From Camelus ferus (taxonomy: Eukaryota): a stretch of 64,000 nt of DNA. The notes under the pieces were generated by a model. The model ran no database searches and had not been told where the DNA came from. It saw only the letters and a program-made list of their open reading frames with translations. The stretch spans positions 101,434,001 through 101,498,000 of the forward strand of contig NC_045697.1 of NCBI RefSeq assembly GCF_009834535.1, written 5' to 3'. Positions 26,230 to 38,639 of the stretch are shown one piece after another. Both the position numbers and the translations under genes were made by a program. The number at the start of each line of letters is the position of its first letter. The first letter of the stretch is position 1.

Positions 26230-26750
26230 CAGAGCTGATATTGCCAAGTGGTCAAAGACAGAGAACCACTTGTGAAATGCAACTCAAAGCCTCCAAGAGA
26301 TCTTGGCAGAAGCAGTTTCATTGGAGCTGTGGGGATAAAGTCCAGACTATAGTGAAACGGGAAAGTAGAGGAAATGCTGGACATCCCCTCCAAAATGCTT
26401 GGCTCCCTCATGGGAGACAAATGCGGGCAGGTGGAGTGGGATATACAGAAGAAAGGGAGTTCTGTTCTTTTCAACATGTGCATATCTTGCGTGTGTTCAC
26501 TGCTTATTGGATAGAGGCAGAGAAGTGAAGATACAGGAGACAAGAAATGATGGCTATGTAGAGAACCCTGAGATTTCAGGAGGAAACAGGATTGAGTGCA
26601 GAGGTGTGGGTTTTAGTTCAACCAGACAGGAAGGAGGAGAGGGTGGGGATAAGACACAGGAGTGTGGTAGATTAAAGGTAGGTTATTTAAGGTAACGCTT
26701 TTGTTTGCTTTTACTTTTACTGGAAATTCATGGTAATAGAGCCTAAAAAC
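26230..26750 (-). mobile_element. L2 fragment
   Basis: gatcttggcagaagcagtttcattggagctgtggggataaagtccagactatagtg. Confidence 0.55.
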
Positions 26751-28322
26751 ACATCCTCCCCTAACAGTGGCTAACTTTGATGCTGGTAAATCAAGTAGCA
26801 ATTTCAAAGGCATGAGCAAGAAAATCTCAATACCTTCACATAGATATGTATTCCACCAAAGCTAGGTCACAAATTGGTGGTTCTCTGTAGCCGAGACCGC
26901 AAGTCTAGACCAAGGATTTGACTTTGCATGAGTGGCTCTATTTGACTCCACAAAAGTTTGAAGGCAGACAAGCTATAAGGGGAAAATAAAGCAGTAAGAC
27001 TGTGCAGCTCGGAGTGCCATGGCGCAAAGGAATTGTGAGTTGTCTGCTTTTGCATATTAAAACATTAATCTCCCCACAGGGGAGCAGCTCCAATAATTTC
27101 TCTGCAAACGTCTTCTACAAGGATTCACAGGGTGAAGGAAGACGTCTCACTCCCCATTAATTTCGGGAACATGGTTCACACAGATCCTCTCGTGCTTTCA
27201 GTGAATTATGATCAGACTGAAAACACCAATTCCTCTAGTGTTTTTCAAAAAGCATTGTTTCCTCTTTCCAAGATTAAGCCTCCACGTTAAGTGATCTGTA
27301 CATGAACCACCCACAGAGACCAGCAAACAAATCTGCAACGGTCTTGCAACGCTAGCTTGCTCCACCATCTTCCACTCAGAAACAGAAGATTCTTCATAGA
27401 CTGGGATTTAATGCGTGCTTATCTTAATGAAGAGCTGTCACCCAAGGTGTGCTCATTTCCTTCCAATATACTGTTCTTACAGTGTAGAAGAATTCCCACG
27501 GTATCTTCACTATAAGTAGCCGGGGTACAAATAAACCTTAGCAGGGTTGGCACCATACGGTGTAAATATATCTTTCCTAAAAATAAAATATATTTTGTGC
27601 TCAGGATATATCTTCTAAGACAACAGGAAGGAAAAACAATCCAGCCTGTACAGTGGTTTTTCTACCTTTAGCTGCCAACTTCTATAGATGGCTTTAACCA
27701 GTGGATTTTACAGAGGTTTATTTCTACGTATGTGGAATGTTCCAAGTAGAAAACTCAGTGACAAGTAAAATTCTTAAGCGTGCCCAATGCACATGAATTG
27801 ACCGTGTAAATGAGGCATATTTGATTCCACGGTTCTCATGAAAAACACAGCAGATGTTTCCTTCCACCTATGATGGTTTTTAGGCCACAAAAAAATTGGG
27901 GCTGGAATGTTCAAAGTGCATGATTAAAGGTTTCCAATCACTGGGCAATTTTATGCTCATGATCATCATAGCATCTCTAGATTTTAAATGCACAGATATT
28001 CAACAGATGGATCCAACTAGAACCAAATAACCATTTTTCCCAACTTGAAACAAACGGCAAAGGGAAAGATCCTAAGGATACCTACATTATTTCTAACCAA
28101 TCTCCCTCTTGGTTGGGGACAATCACCATCGCCCTTCCTGACCACAACAAGGACAAGGAGAGTACATTTGGCCCCAACACCATCCATGGCTGCAAGCTAC
28201 CCTCAAAGGCGCACTTTCTTTTCCCATCAATTGAAGCTCAAGTGAAGAACCCCAATATGAAACTGGCAAGAACATTAGGCTTCCTCTTACTTCTGCAGCT
28301 GATATTCAAAGAGTCAGACTGC

Positions 28323-28464
28323 GGGCAGAGGATAATAGCTCAGTGGCAGAGTACATGCTTAGCATGCATGAAGTCCTGGGTTCAATCCCCAGTACTGCCA
28401 TTAAATAAATAAACAAACAAAAACAATCCTAACTGCCTCCCTCCACCAAAAAAAAAAAAAAAAA
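28323..28464 (+). mobile_element. tRNA-derived SINE, Vic-1 (camelid) type
   Basis: A box TAGCTCAGTGG, B box GGTTCAATCCC, body catgcttagcatgcatgaagtcctgg, polyA tail, 15-bp degenerate TSD aaagagtcagactgc / aaaaagccagattgc. Confidence 0.9.
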
Positions 28465-28489
28465 AAAAAGCCAGATTGCAAGAGCAGGG

Positions 28490-28700
28490 TCCTCAGTGGT
28501 GAAGGAATTGCTCAGAATCCTGGATCTACCATTTCCTAAATACATAACTGCAGCATGTTTCATTCCCTTCCTGTGCCGTGATGTTCTCACCTGTAAATGG
28601 GGGTAAGAGCAGTGCCTACCTCATACAATTGTGGGGAGTAAAAGAGTTAAAGTAAGGAAACACCCATTATGTTCAATAAATGCCAGCTACTGTGATTTTT
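28490..28700 (+). mobile_element. MIR
   Basis: ttctcacctgtaaatgggggtaagagcagtgcctacctcata...gttcaataaatgccagcta. Confidence 0.65.
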
Positions 28701-29839
28701 ATCAGAATGGAGCAAGTATGCACGTTCCCATAAGGATGTTTTCCTGATTTATTTCAACCTTTTCTTGCTGGCTCATGGATAAGACAGGAGTGATAAAGAA
28801 TTCTACAAACTACTCTGCCTCAAAAACAGAAAAAACAGTTGAGCCCACTGTTCTACAAAGGGTTGGTAATTGTTTCCCATAGTCCACCTGCCAAAGTGTG
28901 ATAAACATTTCCCTGGGCACATTTCATTCAGCAGGCGCTGATGCAGCAAAGACCCCCAATGAGAGGAGACCATGGTCAAGACAGTGTGCGTGGCAAGGCC
29001 TGACACGCGGCACGTCCTGCACAAACGAGCAGGCCCTTGCAGCTTCCTTCACCCTGCCCTCACTCGTCTGCTCTCATTAACCCACGTGCATGAAGGAACA
29101 CACATAGGTGTGCAAACACACACACACACACACAGACTTTTCAAAGACTAGCTTCTTCCCTGGTGTAGCAAGAGCTTTATCAATAGGTTAAAGTTCTTCC
29201 AGCCCTTTATCAAGAAGGTGTTAATTTTAGATCAGTTATTTCATCACTCCATGTCTCATCCTCTTCATATTCTAACACCTTTAAAAACACAGTAATTCTT
29301 CTGAGGTAAAATAAGCCCCACTGTGCTGATTATTCATTTATCCACAAAGCAGTGTGGAGGCCTCTGATGTGCCATGCATTCTACTGGGCACGGATCCAAA
29401 AGATAAGTTGAAGACTTATCTTTGAGAAGTTTGAGAAATTTGTAATTTAGAGGAAGAATCCATATTACCCAAACAAAGACACAAAATAAAAATACCAAAT
29501 AAGCCAAAATCATATAAAGACATCAAATCTAAAAAATAAAAGAAGAAAAAATAAGTTGTATGATGGAGCTGATATAATTGTGCAAAGATTACCTATAAAC
29601 CCAGATTTTATGTATTTGTATTCAGCAAAGGAATCTACATGTTTCCATTGACTGACCTTATCAACAAGCATATTTTTTAAATGTGAACTTACAAAATGCA
29701 TCTACACTAATAAAATATTGTTTTTATATCTACTCTATACACTGGGATTTCATTTAGAATTCTGTCAAGAGTTTAGAAAATACATTAACAGATAACTCTA
29801 ATAAATCAATTCTGTATTCATTCATATAAAAAAGTATTA

Positions 29840-30370
29840 ATCATAGTAATAAAATATCTTGAAGTCTTACTATTTACTGAAGACTTACTACGGTCTGACA
29901 CTGTGTGCTTTACAACCCTCATGGCATTTAATCCTCACAACATCTTTGCAAAGTGTATGTTAATGAGCCAGTTTACAGATAAGGAGGCTATGGCTTAAAA
30001 TCCATCAGAGTGGACTCTGAATCTATATCGCTTTCTTGGCTACATTTAAAGCTGTCATTGAGTCCTAAACGATCATTCTGAGCATAGGATATAACAGAAT
30101 AATAATTACATTAGTGGTTGTCAATATTTTTAATACCATGGTTTTACAGTGTATTTGATAAGTCATTTTTTTGTGCATAGTCCCACTTAATTCTCACTTC
30201 ATAACTGTGAGACAGTTATTATCATCTGTACTTAACAAATGAGAAAACTGGCTCCAGTAAATCACAGTGACTTTCCCCAAGTCACTATCATCTGGACTTG
30301 GAAGAACAAAGGCAGTAAATGCAACCGTCTTTTCGATGCAACACCAACGCCAGAATGTGTGGAGTCAGAA
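29840..30370 (-). mobile_element. Two MIR fragments
   Basis: catttaatcctcacaaca...tttacagataaggaggct; acttaacaaatgagaaaactg...gtgactttccccaagtcac. Confidence 0.6.
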
Positions 30371-30999
30371 TCAAAAACATGCCTGTGAAAGGAAGTAGCC
30401 AGTCCTGTTCGGATGGGCCTAGAGCTCTTGCATACTGGGCCCTCCCACAACAGCTCACCCAGGCCATCTGGTGGGAACCTTCTAACATCAAATCGTGGTT
30501 CAAATCATGGCTACAGTTTTGTCCAAAATCATGGGATTTGGGTAGTGATTTTAAATGTCCCAATACGTGTTTGTACTTAGAGCACCTCAGATCTCATACT
30601 GGTTAGTATTTGTATTATCAAATTTAGTTTTTAAGGCAGCGTACTTTTAGCCAAGCTCCAAAATGTATCTTTTACATTAGTATTGAACTGCTGTAAAAAC
30701 TCAGTATCTTTATATGCAGTTTAACTGTAAACCATCTCAAATCATTTTCAGAAGCATGCAGGGAATAAATTATGAATAAATAAGTACAAGTACATAAATT
30801 AAAAATACCCAATTTCTGCCAGCAAAGAACAACCTGGGTCCCGATTCTGTAACATCTCTGGGGTGATTATTATTCGCTGAGCATTCAAGGAACACTTTCA
30901 TGTACCAAAAACGGTCTCTCCTTTCTACTGAGTACAATCGGTTATTTGAAAACTTCTACCTATTACTCTCTCTATATTATTCAAATGGGTTTGTGGAGA

Positions 31000-31092
31000 C
31001 AGGGTGACCAACCAGCCCATCTGTTCAGATTTCATCAGGTTTCAGCACTGAAACCCATTAGCCCTGAGCTAATCAAAACGTTGGACATCCTA
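31000..31092. mobile_element. hAT-Blackjack MITE (MER81/MER94-like)
   Basis: TIRs cagggtgaccaacc...gttggacatccta; internal tttcagcactgaaa. Confidence 0.7.
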
Positions 31093-31117
31093 AAATGGAG
31101 CACGGACATAGTTCAAC

Positions 31118-31628
31118 TGTTACTGGAGAACAGGTTCTTATCTTGCGCAGGAAAGAATTCAAGAGGGAGGCACAGCACAGTGAAAGTGAGTTTGTCCAGG
31201 GATCTACAGACTCCATAGACACAGCGAGGGCCATCCCAAAGGCAAGAGAGGCAGCCCCAGAGCATGAGGCCATCTAGGAAAGTAAGACTGGCCACCAGGT
31301 ACGGGGGTGGTTAGCTTTTAATGGGCCATGTAATTTCATATGCTAACAAGTGGGAGGATATTCCAACTGTTTTGGAGAAGGGGCAGAGATTTCCAGGAAT
31401 TGGGCCCCACTCACTTTTTGGCCTTTTATGGTCATCCTGGGAAGTGTCATCACACATGTGGGTGTGTCAGATAATATATTACAATAAGCCTATAATGAGG
31501 TGCAAGCTCTACTGGAAGTCTACTCTTCCACCATCTTTGGCCAAGTTGGTACTAACCAGGTTATGTCCCATTCTCAATGGCTATTCATTCTTTTAAAGGC
31601 TGTGCCCTGCCCCTTCCCTCCTGTCTCA
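31118..31628 (-). mobile_element. ERV1-class solo LTR
   Basis: TG...CA bounded 511 bp. Minus strand starts tgagacaggaggg. Contains gcgcaggaaagaattcaag and an octamer-like taatttcatatgctaa. Confidence 0.75.
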
Positions 31629-33089
31629 ACACTAGAGGTACCTTCTTGAACTAAAACAATATTTTTCAGTGCATTTTTACCTTTTTTTTATTATATTAAT
31701 GTTTATGTGCTAGAAGCAGAAAACATGATGGAGATACAGGTCTGTGTGAGTTAGAATCCCAAGTTAAATGTCGTGTGATTCACAACCCCACTGCAATGTC
31801 TTTGCTCTGCACTGTTCACCCTGGTCTATCTTTTTCTCTCTCACACACTCTTTCTCAGTATCATATTACCTGAGAAACTCTGACAGGAAAATTTAAACTA
31901 GTGGGAGAAATACTCTCCTGAGGCTTTGAAAGGATTTTCATCACTGCTAGTGCATTGTTGCTTCAAGCCTTCAACTAAAAAGAAATATATAAACCTAAGC
32001 ATGGGAACCAGAAAATGTTAACAGAAGCAAATGATCGGTTTTTCACTTGTTTTCATCTGTTGCTGAGCTCAATCATCTAGCCGATGAAATGGAAAGTGGA
32101 TGTTGCTGGAATCTGACTTGCAGACCTATCTATGGGGAAGCCCTTACAGTTTCAAGGGAGGGAGATAAAAGTGGTTCTTACCACAGCCTGATGCTAGTAA
32201 CTCAAATATAACTTACATATGCCATCCCATGACACAGAAGAACTTCCACTGAAAATAATATAACTGGAATTGGAGGTGTGGAATACTTTTCCTCCTTGTC
32301 TATTTGCAGCTTCCTGAGACAGGGCAGCAGCAAATGTGGGGTCCTTAAGTCTGAGACTAAAAAAAATCTCAGCTTCAAGCAAACCTGGAGGACTCACGCT
32401 AATAAAAGCAAGGCCTTCTCTTCTGCATGATTCCAATAAGCACATTGTCTCACATACCAGGGTCGATGGAAGACAGCTGGAGTATAATAGCTTTATAGCA
32501 TTTTAAAAAGACATATGCAAACTGTGTGTATGAAAACCTTTATGGATATTCACTTTTTAAAAACATCTCTGTAACTGATGTTCAGACCTGAATAAATAAG
32601 CCATAGCTTCCGGCTAGTTACCCAACCCTGTCACGCCACTGTAAAACTGACGGCTGTAGAGGTACTTTAACCAGATTTGACACCTGGAAACCAAATAGCA
32701 AACTGAGCAATCTTTGATGCATTGTTCATTTGTTTTTTGATATACAAAATATTATACATTTTTGGATAATTTTATGATACCTCCTTGGTGAGCTGTAGAA
32801 GTAGAACTATTAATATTTACATTTTGATGTTTTAAATATTTATACTGAATGTATCTTCTTTGGCTAATTTAAGTAAAATAATGAAAAATAAATATTTATT
32901 TAGAGCAAAGTTGTAGCCCAGTCATGGGAAAGAGAAGCTGTCAAGCCTCATGTGCCCCTTCCTTTCCTGAGCAATTAGATGCCACTAGACCAAATATGTG
33001 AACTTGGATGAGCAAAGCTAGGCCCATGGTGCACAGGGCATGCTGCCTGACTCCTGGTCAGTCTGAAGAGTGACTCATGAAGAAGGAAA

Positions 33090-35060
33090 ATATTTAGACA
33101 AAATGACTGATGCCCAACAGAGGCCTTTACATCTAGCACGAAAAATCCCCCAAATCAAAACTTTACTGAGAGACACACCAAGTTTCTGTACTATAGGATT
33201 AAATCTCATAAAGTTGCCAGTTCTCCTCAATTCCATGAATACACTCAACTTTATCTAAACATATTTTGGGGCAGCTTTATCAAATTATTCTAAAATGAGT
33301 CTGGAAGAAATATCAGTGAGAATGTCTTAAAAGCTACACACAAACACAGAAAAATCAGCAAGAAGAAAGTATTAACACTATCAGGTATTAAGCAAATAAC
33401 ATTTAAACCTGTGTGATATTAATTAAAGAACACTGACAGAACACAAGAATCAAGTAGGTATACCAGAAGCAGAAACCCACTATGTGGGAGTATGTGTGTG
33501 TGTGTGTGTGTACCTCTAGAATTAGATAATATATGATACGATGTGATAGAATCACAAATTAAGTGGGAAATGGATGGATTATTCAAAAACTGCTGCAGAA
33601 AAATGTTATTTTTAGGAGGGAAATCAATTTAATGTTTACCTCACACCATATACCAAAACAATGTTGAGTGGGCTAGTGATAAAAAAAAAATCATTAAAGA
33701 ATTAGATCCAAATTGTTTTAAAGGAAGAATAATTTAGGTAAAGTTTAATCTGTTTTATAAATGAGAAAGTATTGTCTAAGCAAAAAAAAAAAAAAAAAAA
33801 AGGAAGAAATATGACATTCAACTTAACTACCCATACATTTTCATCATTCATATGCTAAAAAAAATAAGAAAGAGAAACAATAGAGATAACATAAATGAAA
33901 ACAGGACAGTATCATAAAGGACACTAAAATCGATGAAAAGAAAACCAAGGGTCCTGATATGCAAAAAGGCTAAAAATATGAAGTAATATTAAAAATAAAG
34001 CACAAATGAAAATAAGCACTTCAAACACGTTCAGCCTCACTTAATCAAACAACAATGGAAGAATGCAGTACTTTAAAGCCTAAACTTCACAGTAAAATCC
34101 ATCTTGGCCCCAGACTCAGTTCTACCACTTACCAGTTGTATGACTTTGGGGAAGACAATTAACCTCTCAAAAAAATCACCTTTCAAATGGGATGGCAATC
34201 TTGTCCTCCTCTTAAGGTTGTTGCAAAGATTAAAGGAGACAGTACAGATAAAGGTCTTGGGTGATGGATGGCCTGCGAGGTGCTAAGTGTTACTGCTGCT
34301 GATGTTGCTAGAATCTTCTTCCTCATTCCAATTAACAAGCTTTAAAAATAATAACATCCCTCAGTGCTGGTGAGGGTGGAGACTGGACTTATGTACTTCC
34401 AGGGGCAATGAAAATGGGTACAGTTTTTCTGGAAAGCAGTCTGGCAATATGTATAAGGAGTTTTATAAGGTCCATTATCCTACCGCAAGGAATCATTCCT
34501 CAGAAAACAGCGAAAATGATAGACAAGGAATATCAGAAAATGAGGTCACACAGAAAAGATTCATCACAGCATGTTAAAGGGGAAAAATGCTAATAATGTA
34601 AGAGACTAAGTTGCAAGGATGGTTAAACAAATAATAATGATTCGTATGCCTAACTATCAGGTAGTAATTTTTTAAAAATGGTTAGAGAAGTGTTTACAGG
34701 CGTGGGAAAACTGATTTTCTTTTTCATTTATTGCTGTAAACCAGTATAGAGCTTAGCATAGCACCTGGCACACAGTAGGTGCTCAAATTCTAAACTGAAT
34801 TGAACAACAGAATTCTAAGTGGAAAAAAAAAAACCAGAACACTCGTCTTCACACACACATATGCACATACTATAATCTCAACTTGTGTAAATGAATCACA
34901 TGAAATCCTACAAAGAAATATGATAGAATGCTATGGATATGTCCTTGGGGTTTTTTGTTTTTTTTTTTTTCTGTCTCTTTGGACTTTTCATTACTTGCCA
35001 AATTCTTTTCAATAAAGATTTATTACATTTATAATCTGAAAAAAAAAAAAAGAAGAGAGA
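33090..35060 (+). mobile_element. Decayed L1ME ORF2-3' region with nested MIR (about 34060-34310)
   Basis: tacctcacaccatataccaaaa; cagtgctggtgagggt...tttctggaaagcagtctggcaatatgtat; MIR cttaccagttgtatgactttggggaag. Confidence 0.65.
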
Positions 35061-35673
35061 GTAGGAAAAAAAAAAAGAAAGAAAGGAAGAAAGAAAGAAA
35101 TCAGCCAGAAACCAACTGGCTCAATTATTTCCCATTACACTATTCTGAATATGTTCCATTCTTCACTCCCACCCAAAATATAAAATGGGAAATGGGAGCA
35201 TGAACAGCATGAATAAATTGGGAGGCAGCCTTTTAAAACATAGCCCAGGAAAGAAAATATTATAGGAAATTTCAAAAACAAAAGTCAAAAATTATGTGCC
35301 TCATATTAATAAAATTATACAGGGGCTTTGTTCCCTATATAATTTATGCCTATGAAAAACATGGTGTGGCATAAACCGTTTAGATACAAATTACCTGTTT
35401 TCTCTATCATGGAATTATATTTTCTCTTAGACACATAATGTAACAAAGATTTATACATAATGGTTACTGTCAAGTTTTTGAAATCTGAAAAAATTCTATT
35501 CCTTTACAATTTCAACTCCACACAAAATCTAAAAGGTATATTTTGGGAGATTCATGACATTCTCGAAGGGAAGGACCAAACAATTTCTCAGATTGCCAAA
35601 TTCTCAAACACGCCCACCAGGGATAATTAGCTCCAGAAAGCGAAGAGCCATGTCACCTAGAGCATAAAATTAC

Positions 35674-35713
35674 CTGGACGTATGACCGCCGGGCCGCTGG
35701 CTCGGCTCCCTCC
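35674..35713 (-). other. Candidate 40-nt non-coding exon or alternative first-exon end
   Basis: Minus strand ctttcag|GGAGGGAGCCGAGCCAGCGGCCCGGCGGTCATACGTCCAG|gtaatt. Five CpGs in an AT-rich intron. Confidence 0.35.
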
Positions 35714-36254
35714 CTGAAAGGCCAGTTTCCAGGACTGTGTGATTGAAATTTACACTTCAGCAAAATTACAGATTACTACATGGAAGTAATTTAAGTAATT
35801 TAAGACAGATGGTAAAATCTGGACTCATGCAAACTAAATTCTTTAATGCCAAGGGTCTGCTGTATCCACAGTGTCTGCCTCTTTAGAAGTAAAATGTTAT
35901 AGCAGAGAACTGTGGTGATAAGATGTGCAGTCAACCTTTGTTTTCATCTAAGAATCCTAATGCAGTCATTCGTTTTCAAGCATGTACGAACTACTTACCA
36001 TGTTCAAGGAACATTACTGCACACTTTTGGTGATTTAAAAAAAATACAATACAGAACCTAAACTGAAATCTGTTCCTTATATAGTCTTCCATATCTTCCA
36101 GAAATACATTCAAGTGTTTAATTTACCTAATATCAAGACGTCTAATTTTTTAAGTGAAATATGTAGTGTTTATACTTTAGGAATTATTTTTAAATTCCCC
36201 TTCATATGATACCTATTTCTGTAAATAACTTCTTCACAAGTCTATTTCCTTTGA

Positions 36255-36440
36255 TATAATTTCTAGGATTTGCTTCCCAAAACTCCAGGGAAGGGAAAAG
36301 TGAGTGGGACTGTGAGTAAAACAAGAATGGCTATGATTTGACAATTACTGAAGCTGGCTAATGGAAAGAAGAGAGTTCACTGTATTATTTTTTTGTTGTG
36401 CTTACAAGTGCATGTAGTAAAAAGCTTTTTTTTAAAGAAG
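36255..36440 (+). mobile_element. L1MC-type 3' end fragment
   Basis: ctaggatttgcttcccaaaactccagg...aaacaagaatggctatgatttgacaattactgaagctgg. Confidence 0.6.
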
Positions 36441-37322
36441 TATATTTCTTAATTATGCCAATTTATGTTGATTAATTTTTCCATGGTTTCCATTCCCACA
36501 ACAATGAACACTTTTGAAATGCCTACCATATTGGTCTTGAGGAGGTTCCAGTCAGGTGACTGTACAATGCATAGGTCACCTTCTGGTGCACGGATGATGG
36601 AATGAATTTTAATTCTGCTGTGACCCATAATTTAATCATTCAGCCAAAGAACGGGATGTTGACATCCAGATTAACCAAGAAGAAATGGTTTAGATAAATT
36701 TCAGCTGTCACAATAAAGTAAATTATAGTGCTACATGGCTAATCCAATTTGATCACTGTGGTGGCCAGACCATCACTATTACAGAGGACATTAGGGAACT
36801 GCTGAAGTGTCAGTGAAACAATTTGCACTTTTTTTTTCATATTGTCTCAAGGGCAGGAAGATAGAGAAAAATTAACAATTATAGCCTTCAATTCCTAGTA
36901 AAAAGAATCTGCTTAGCCTGTGTAATGAGAGGATAAGGATTAAAATGCAGATGGTTAATACAGTGTCTGTTTTAAAATGTCCACATGGGGGTTTTTTTTG
37001 TCTCGTGTTCACTTAATTTTCCCTTCCCCTTTCTCTTACCTAGTCATAAGCAGAATTCTGGCATGTTTAATTCAATTAATTCCTAACAATTCCTTACATA
37101 AGCGGACCCCACATAAAAGTAGAGTATGTTAAATATTACAATCAAATCTTTAAAGCATTACAAACAATAGATCTTCTAAATATACTGACTGCTAAGATTT
37201 AGCTGCCTGTTGATTTTAATTTCATTAACTCGTTCGTGATATACATAAATTCCGTTTAAAAAGAAGCTTTGATACTGAGTATACTGCAATCAAAAAGACC
37301 CAAGGCGACTGAGCATTGCACA

Positions 37323-37336
37323 CTGCCACCTAGTGT
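37323..37336 (-). promoter_or_regulatory. CTCF-like site
   Basis: Minus strand ACACTAGGTGGCAG against core CCACYAGRKGGCRS; one mismatch. Confidence 0.55.
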
Positions 37337-38528
37337 TCAATGTCTCTTTCACTCCACTCCAAATGCACAATGGATGTGGAAAGGCCCTATTTTAAAGCAA
37401 ATTTATCCAAAAAGACAGCTCTGAAACATATTTACTCATAATTGCTTCAAGAGAATAAGGCTAGTAGGAAGAAATGAAATTACACATAACGTAAAATCAT
37501 CCCTGGCTCATAAATTTAGGTAAAAAAGATCTGATTAGTAAGTATAAAAACTTAATGGGTTTTGTTAATGAAGACATGAAATTCTTTTAAAGGGTGATTT
37601 TTTTAATACTGTGCATCAAGTAGGCAACATATTCTATTATGAACGTGATATATGCCCATGCTCTAAGTGGAATATGTGGTTATCTAGCAAGTTTGGCATA
37701 AGAAGATGTTCAAAAGGGCTTCATAGGATGTTAAATAATCACTACTGAAACTTTCAAACTTTCTTAAGGACATAGTTATAATGTACGCTCATCTACACAT
37801 TATAATTTCAACCTAAGATGTCACTGGTTTTTAGTTCTGCTTTATTTTTCCCAGTGGTGAATGATTTTTGTGATTTGATTGTGCTAATTGCTGGAGCTCA
37901 TCTCAGATCTTCTGGCTAGAAAGGCAAAGCCCCAAGGAAATGAAATGAGAAACATTTGACAGGCTGGATTAAAGACAGAATTGCTATAGAGAACTGTGCC
38001 AGGGTTAAGAAAGTACATCTTATTTACTTCACTGGGTAGTCCCCAGTTTGGTCCTCTTAATGTACTGTAACTATCTGTTTTAAGAACTAAGGTGAAAGGC
38101 GAAAGAGTCATATTTCTGTCAGTTAAGTTTATTACAGTGAAGAATGCTCAGAGGACTCCCTTTAAATCACTGTTGCTTAACTTTTTAAAAATCACGCTCC
38201 GTTTGGAGAAACATAAAAATCTCCGTTTCTCCTTTTAAAGTACTGACAATGTACAAACAAATGATACATTAAAAATAAACCATATATGGAAATTTTAAAG
38301 AATTATATTTTATACTGATCTTAAAAGACATTTTTCATTGTTGTTGTTATGCTAGTAATTCAAAATCAGAGTCTCAAGGCTGCCTCTACATCTCACAAAC
38401 TTCCCCAACCCTGGAAATGTGGGAAATGGAGAACGGAGCTCAGTAATTTCAGTATTAGGCCTATTGCATTGCTTCCTCTTAACAACCAGTAGGGCTGGTA
38501 AAAATAGAAACATAGATGATAGACAAGT

Positions 38529-38639
38529 GGAGGGGAAGGAAGGAAGGAAGGAAGGAAGGAAGGAAGGAAGGAAGGAAGGAAGGAAGGAAGGAAGGGGGGA
38601 AGGGGGGAAGGGGGGAAGGAGGAGGGAGGGAGAAAGGAA
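38529..38639. repeat. (GGAA)15 plus G6AA repeats, uninterrupted purine tract
   Basis: GGAA array at 38534-38593, followed by three G6 runs. Confidence 0.95.

Noticed and set aside
28323..28400. tRNA gene
   Set aside because: It has a polyA tail and TSD and is a degenerate SINE head.
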